A stretch of 64,000 nt of DNA from Candidatus Chazhemtobacterium aquaticus. GTDB taxonomy: Bacteria > Patescibacteriota > Microgenomatia > UBA1400 > Chazhemtobacteraceae. The DNA lies in assembly GCF_009936135.1 (NCBI RefSeq), contig NZ_CP047901.1:631927-695926 (forward strand). Reading direction: 5' to 3'. The first letter of the stretch is position 1. Every line of letters begins with the position of its first letter. A program made the position numbers and the translations under genes. The notes under the pieces are model-generated. The model was given only the letters and a program-made list of their open reading frames with translations, was not told the DNA's origin and did no database searches. This document shows positions 59,363-64,000 of this stretch, piece by piece.

Positions 59363-60694
59363 TCAATTGGACCTTTTTCTATCCACCCCAAAAAAGCTGA
59401 TCCGATCACCTCTAAATCTTAAGTCAATCGTTTTTAATGGACCATTCCTGTGTTTGGCAATATTTAACTTGTAAGTTTCCAGATCCTCATCACTTTCCCT
59501 ATATAAGAACATCACCACATCAGCATCCTGCTCAATGCTTCCAGACTCCCTCAAATCAGATAGTTGAGGTACCTTAGTTCCTCTCTGCTCAATTGCCCTA
59601 GACAACTGGGATAACGCTACTACAGGTACCTTTAACTCTCTAGCTAGATTCTTTAATCCTTGTGAAATCGCCTGTACCTCCTGCACTCTACCATCAAAAC
59701 GTCCTGACGCTGTCGCCAACTGCAAATAGTCCATCATTATCATCTTCACTCCATACTCCACCTGCAACCTTCTTGCCTTTGTTCTCATCTCCAGAATAGA
59801 TATACCAGGCGTATCGTCAATAAACAAAGGACTATCGGCCAATACTCCCATTGCCTCAGACAATCTCGTAAACTCATCTGCCTTTAAGTTCCCTGTCTTC
59901 ATCTTCCACGCATCAATATCAGCCTGCGCAACCAGCAAGCGATCCACCAACTCAAGATTACTCATCTCCAATGAGAAGAACCCAACCGGTATCTTTAAAT
60001 CAACCGCTACGTGTCTGGCCATATTCAAAGCCAAAGAGGTTTTACCCATGCCCGGCCTGGCTGCTAAGATAAGCAAGTTGCTCTCCTGCATTCCCGCCAA
60101 GGCCGAGTCCAAGTCCTTAAAACCAGTCGGCACCCCCCTTATCCCCCCCGCTGCTTTGTGTAGCTCGTCAAGTCTGTCAAAACTCTCCGCCAAAGCATCC
60201 TTTACGTGAACAAAACCTCTCTTTACATTTCTCTGACTAAGTGAAAAAACAGCTTGCTCTGCTTGATCAAGCACGTTCTCTGTCTCACTTCCCTCATCAA
60301 AAGCTAGCGTCACCAACTCAGAAGCAGCTTCAATCATCTGCCTTTTTACATAATGATCCTTGACGATCTTGGCATACCCTGCCGCATGAGCCGCCGTCGG
60401 CACACTGTTAACCAACTCAGTTAAATAACTCACCCCCCCCACGCCCTTTAACCATTTCTTGCGCTTCAACCACTCAGATACCGTCACGACATCAATCGGA
60501 TCTCGATTCTCATAAAGCGTGCTCATCGCCTCATAGATATGCTGGTGTGCATCCTCATAAAACATGTCCTCCTTAAGCAACTCAGCCACCTCAATCATTG
60601 CATCCTTAGACATCAACAAAGAACCCAATACTGACCTCTCGGCATCTTTGGAATGTGGGGGTACTCTGACATCATTACTCATCTTAAACACCAA
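59363..60694 (-). CDS. dnaB: Replicative DNA helicase DnaB
   Basis: 443 aa with an N-terminal DnaB domain and a RecA-like C-terminus with Walker A GMGKTS (ARPGMGKTSLAL) and H4 motifs. Confidence 0.9.
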   Translation of the reverse strand: MVFKMSNDVRVPPHSKDAERSVLGSLLMSKDAMIEVAELLKEDMFYEDAHQHIYEAMSTLYENRDPIDVVTVSEWLKRKKWLKGVGGVSYLTELVNSVPTAAHAAGYAKIVKDHYVKRQMIEAASELVTLAFDEGSETENVLDQAEQAVFSLSQRNVKRGFVHVKDALAESFDRLDELHKAAGGIRGVPTGFKDLDSALAGMQESNLLILAARPGMGKTSLALNMARHVAVDLKIPVGFFSLEMSNLELVDRLLVAQADIDAWKMKTGNLKADEFTRLSEAMGVLADSPLFIDDTPGISILEMRTKARRLQVEYGVKMIMMDYLQLATASGRFDGRVQEVQAISQGLKNLARELKVPVVALSQLSRAIEQRGTKVPQLSDLRESGSIEQDADVVMFLYRESDEDLETYKLNIAKHRNGPLKTIDLRFRGDRISFFGVDRKRSN

Positions 60695-60743
60695 TCTACA
60701 CTATTTTTGCCACTACACAACTTTATAATCCACAAAAATACAA

Positions 60744-61436
60744 CTAAACCTCCAAAACCACTATCTCAGTCTCTTCCGGCAAACTCGTCTTACTCAATGA
60801 CAGCTTTTCCTCTCTCCTTACACCACCATAATCTGCCTTCTCTAAAAACTCATCCACCGTTACCAAGTCTTTAAAGGACTCAGTCGAGCTCTTCACTCTA
60901 TAATGCATCGGCACCACAATTGATGGTGACAGCTGTTCAATCACTTTAACAGCATCACCAGGTCCCAGCGTGTACGTACCTCCCACCGGCAACAACAATA
61001 CATCAACCGGACCAATCGTTGACACCTGCTTATCACTCAACACATGGCCCAAATCACCCAAATGAGCCACAATCACTCCCTCTATTTGTATTACATAAAT
61101 AATGTTCTCACCTCTTTTTGATCCTTCCTCATCATCATGCCAACTTTTTACCCCGATCACTCCGATCCCGCTTGCCTCATACTCACCCACTCTATCAATC
61201 ACAAATGGTTCACTCCTATTAGATGTTCCACTAACCTTACTTACCTGATTATGATCCTCATGATTATGAGACACCGTCACAATCTCTGCCGATACTCTCG
61301 GGAAATCCACCCCTACCATCTTGCTATCAAAAGGATCAGTTACCACACTCCCTGACTTGCCTCTGATCTTAAAACTGGAGTGGCCCAAATACTTAATATC
61401 CATCCCAATCAATATATCACACTTAAAATTGACCAA
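60744..61436 (-). CDS. MBL-fold metallo-hydrolase
   Basis: HxHxDH motif (VSHNHEDHN) and downstream His/Asp ligands; about 220 aa core. Confidence 0.7.
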   Translation of the reverse strand: MVNFKCDILIGMDIKYLGHSSFKIRGKSGSVVTDPFDSKMVGVDFPRVSAEIVTVSHNHEDHNQVSKVSGTSNRSEPFVIDRVGEYEASGIGVIGVKSWHDDEEGSKRGENIIYVIQIEGVIVAHLGDLGHVLSDKQVSTIGPVDVLLLPVGGTYTLGPGDAVKVIEQLSPSIVVPMHYRVKSSTESFKDLVTVDEFLEKADYGGVRREEKLSLSKTSLPEETEIVVLEV

Positions 61437-61480
61437 TCAGCTTGCACCTCAACCCCGAAGCTTGTATACTCTGGCCTGCT

Positions 61481-61948
61481 ATGCGCAAGGAAGTCCTCAT
61501 TGCCATCATACTTGGCCTTATTTTAGGCTCTATCCTTGTTTACGGTATTTACACCGCCAACCAAGCCTCCTCCACCTATACTGATAGCCCGACTGAAGAA
61601 ACCAATCAAAGCCAAACTGAAAACTCCCCGTCAAACAACCAGGCCCTAACCGTCAGTTCTCCCCAAGATGGAGATATCTTCTATACTCCCCAAGCTACCA
61701 TCAGTGGTCAAACTGATCCCCAAAACGCCCTTGTTATCATCACTGAAGATGACCATCTAGTTCCAGACATCAACGAAGACGGCTCCTTTTCTCAATCCAT
61801 TACTCTAATCCGCGGCGGAAACTTAATTCAAGTAACCTCAATTACCCCATCAGGCCAACGCCAAGACTCGTATCTCAATCTGGTTTATACCTCGCCTCCT
61901 ACTGAGTCAGATAGCGACGATGACACTCAATCAAATGACGAAAACTAA
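61481..61948 (+). CDS. Hypothetical membrane-anchored Ser/Thr/Asp-rich protein
   Basis: The start is placed at MRKEVLIAIILGLILGSILVYGIY (transmembrane anchor). The rest is low-complexity acidic sequence. Confidence 0.45.
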   Translation: MRKEVLIAIILGLILGSILVYGIYTANQASSTYTDSPTEETNQSQTENSPSNNQALTVSSPQDGDIFYTPQATISGQTDPQNALVIITEDDHLVPDINEDGSFSQSITLIRGGNLIQVTSITPSGQRQDSYLNLVYTSPPTESDSDDDTQSNDEN

Positions 61949-62801
61949 CATGAACCATAACCCGATCAAAACCTTAACAATCCTTCTTCTTCTCATTATC
62001 ACCCTCGCTCTGCTGCCACTCAACCTAACTCTTGCTCAAGAAGACGAAGCTACCTCTTCAAGCACCAAAGAAGAAATCGAGAAATCTCTCCAAGACCGTA
62101 TTAAAAAAGCTCTGGACGAAAATCTTGACACAGCTCAGGAGGTCGTTGAACAAAGTCAGCTTAAAGCCGTAGTTGGAGTAATAGACTCACTCACCCAGTC
62201 CCAAATCACTGTCAGAGTCAACCCAGACACTACCGCCGAATATCTTCACCAGGTTAGCTTCACCAGTGAAACACAACTTACTAAGTCTGGCAAATCCATA
62301 GACTCTGATGACCTTGAGATAAACAGCTACATTATCGCCATCGGCCAACCCAGCTCCTCTACTTTACTTCAAGCCGACCGCATTATCTTAGACACCTATA
62401 CCAAACCCAGTATTTACGTCCAAGTAGCTTACGCAACCATAACCGATATTGACCTAGACAACGACACCATTACCCTACTAAACTCCCACCCAGAACTTGA
62501 AGAACCTCTTGATATTACCTCAAAAACTAACATCCTTCTTAATGGTCAAGCTCAAGAGATTTCTGATTTACAGCCCAACCAAAGAACCACCGTCATCTTC
62601 ACTGTCAACGAATCAAGAGACACCGTTACCCTAAACACCCTTATTGTCTTCCCTCTTGATCCCAACAACCCGACTCAAACACCAACCGAAGAACAAGCCT
62701 CCACTTGCGGCGACGGCATTTGCCAGAATGTTGCTTGTTTTGGCATGGACTGTCCCGATCCAGAAACACCCGAAACTTGTCCAGCCGACTGTGCTGAATA
62801 A
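61920..62801 (+). CDS. Hypothetical secreted protein with C-terminal Cys-rich module
   Basis: N-terminal signal-like segment (TLTILLLLIITLALLPLNLTLAQ) and a C-terminal CGDGICQNVACFGMDCPDPETPETCPADC. Confidence 0.5.
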   Translation: MTLNQMTKTNMNHNPIKTLTILLLLIITLALLPLNLTLAQEDEATSSSTKEEIEKSLQDRIKKALDENLDTAQEVVEQSQLKAVVGVIDSLTQSQITVRVNPDTTAEYLHQVSFTSETQLTKSGKSIDSDDLEINSYIIAIGQPSSSTLLQADRIILDTYTKPSIYVQVAYATITDIDLDNDTITLLNSHPELEEPLDITSKTNILLNGQAQEISDLQPNQRTTVIFTVNESRDTVTLNTLIVFPLDPNNPTQTPTEEQASTCGDGICQNVACFGMDCPDPETPETCPADCAE

Positions 62802-62835
62802 CCACAATTCTTGACATTCCCTCTTTATTCATTTA

Positions 62836-63028
62836 AACTTACAACCACTTTAACAGATAGTCTATAAAGCGCTAAGTGAGAGTCACGCCTCACAAGCTGC
62901 TGGCCAAATACCAGACGGAAGTCATCGCCGTACAAAGGATCACACCTGATGTCACCCAGTTGGGTAACCGAGTCGGGACCAAGAGCTGCCATGCTCATAA
63001 CTTGGCAGAATGAAGATGGGACCGCGGG
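62836..63028 (+). ncRNA. Candidate small non-coding RNA (unclassified), bounded by a promoter and an intrinsic terminator
   Basis: A TTGACA at 62801-62806 with TAAACT about 17 nt downstream. The following roughly 190 nt GC-enriched segment has no ORF of 60 aa or more on either strand and ends in the hairpin GGACC-GCGG-GGTCC followed by T6 (63009-63028). Tested against SRP, RNase P and tmRNA consensus and not matched. Confidence 0.35.
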
Positions 63029-63123
63029 GTCCTTTTTTGTTGGTCAAAATCCAACAAGATAGCCCTCGTTCTTCACTTACTACGCACGTAGTAGGTGGAA
63101 AACGGGGGCTTTTTTGTCCTCAT

Positions 63124-63199
63124 GGTGGGTGTAGCTCAACCTGGTCAGAGCACATGCCTGTGGAGCATGAGGCTGGGGGTTCAACTCCCCTCACCCACC
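63124..63199 (+). tRNA. tRNA-His (anticodon GTG) with genomically encoded G-1
   Basis: GGTGGGTGTAGCTCAACCTGGTCAGAGCACATGCCTGTGGAGCATGAGGCTGGGGGTTCAACTCCCCTCACCCACC. Anticodon loop CTGTGGA. The extra 5' G pairs with the discriminator C, the bacterial tRNA-His hallmark. Confidence 0.9.
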
Positions 63200-63335
63200 C
63201 CTAGTCTGACAGTTGATGTCAGACATAGATAGAAAGGAGGTCATCACCATGTTCGGTGATCACTAACTTCTAACCGATAAGGAGTGGTGTAATACCACAT
63301 CACTCCTTATCCAACTACCAATTACATACAAAAAA

Positions 63336-64000
63336 ATGAATGCAGTTGACCTAACTAAAAAACTAATTTCCATTCCCTCTTACGTCGACAGCTCGACCAA
63401 CGAACGGGAAATTGCCGAATATGTCTACCAATACTTATCCAAGATCTCCTGGTTAACCACTGTTAAACAAAATGTAGAAAATAACCGATTCAACGTTATC
63501 GCCTACTCATCTATGTCTCCAAAACTACTACTTGTCGGCCACCTAGACACTGTCCAACCATCAGCCAACTGGCAGACATCACCAACTCAACCAATCCAAA
63601 AAAACAATACCATTATTGGCCTTGGCTCTAGTGACATGAAATCAGGCCTTGCCGCCATATTAAGTAGTCTGCCAAAGAAAAAACCAGCTACCGAACTAAT
63701 GATTCTATTCTATGTTGACGAAGAATATGATTTTGCCGGCATGCAGCGGTTCACCCAAGAGTACCAAAACAAAATACAACCCCAGTTAATCGTCTCGGCT
63801 GATGGTGATGATTGTGCTTTTGGTTACGCCTGCCGAGGCCTCATCGAGTTTTCCGCCATCATTAAAGGTAAATCTGGTCATGCAGCCAACCCCGACTCAG
63901 GTATCAACGCTATCACTAACACCACTACAGCTATAAAACAACTAACCAGAAAAATTAAAACCTACTCATCGCCAGAATTAGGTGCATCTACACTTAATCT
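63336..64000 (+). CDS. M20-family metallopeptidase (ArgE/DapE-like deacylase), partial: continues past the window end
   Basis: LLLVGHLDTVQP...GSSDMKSGLAA...YVDEE contain the M20 zinc-ligand motifs (H-x-D and D-x-K/E). Absent from the ORF track because it has no stop within the window. Confidence 0.7.
   Translation, partial: MNAVDLTKKLISIPSYVDSSTNEREIAEYVYQYLSKISWLTTVKQNVENNRFNVIAYSSMSPKLLLVGHLDTVQPSANWQTSPTQPIQKNNTIIGLGSSDMKSGLAAILSSLPKKKPATELMILFYVDEEYDFAGMQRFTQEYQNKIQPQLIVSADGDDCAFGYACRGLIEFSAIIKGKSGHAANPDSGINAITNTTTAIKQLTRKIKTYSSPELGASTLN

Noticed and set aside
62860-63028. SRP (4.5S) RNA assignment for the candidate sRNA.
   Set aside because: A GACGGAAGUC GNRA hairpin is present, but the conserved domain IV strands (AGGUCAGG ... 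GGAAGCAGCC ... GGCAG) are not recoverable. Left as unclassified.

Overview
This 64 kb window comes from a compact, moderately AT-rich bacterial genome with minimal domain architectures (ClpB without the N-domain, ThrRS without TGS, short PheT, short trigger factor, truncated YebC and HolB) and almost no Shine-Dalgarno sequences. That pattern fits a reduced-genome lineage such as the Candidate Phyla Radiation or Patescibacteria, but the lineage call is inference only. Most of the window is core housekeeping: gatCA, clpB, htpX-lemA, polX, tig, truB, thrS-infC-rpmI-rplT, pheST, PBP1A, recG, rpmF, nusB-rnc, rpsP-KH, gyrB-ppaC-gyrA, murA, xerC, lgt-lspA, efp, dnaB, and six tRNAs (Asp, Thr, Val, Leu, His plus the ones listed below). 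The largest block is a 13 kb type IV pilus locus on the minus strand (27.7-40.7 kb). It contains pilB-pilT-pilC, a pilin, pilD, five tandem divergent pilin paralogs, three pseudopilins, a PilX-like gene and pilMNO, with no secretin gene. Beyond routine annotation, I think seven things deserve a second look. (1) Transcription-attenuator-like leaders sit upstream of thrS and pheS, each with a consensus promoter, a leaderless mini-ORF enriched in the cognate amino acid (MSTTTRTTTTILPL with 8 of 14 Thr, and ...IFFNRH) and a CCUCCC/GGGAGG-U7 terminator. (2) infC appears to use an AUU/AUA start codon. (3) A strand-polarised G-rich oligomer, GGGTAGGGGAGAG (consistent with the E. coli FtsK-orienting KOPS pattern GGGNAGGG), flips orientation between about 51.4 and 55.6 kb. 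That interval holds xerC, a 1.2 kb gene-free AT-rich segment and an 11-6-11 dif-like palindrome, so the window may span the replication terminus. (4) Two GC-rich, atypical-codon small genes each have their own promoter and terminator; one of them carries the only strong SD in the region. (5) A roughly 190 nt promoter-to-terminator non-coding candidate RNA lies upstream of tRNA-His. (6) A structured leader with an SD plus a 5-codon mini-ORF sits before an M20 peptidase gene. (7) Leaderless small ORFs directly abut downstream genes. All product calls are from reading the translations myself, with no database search.
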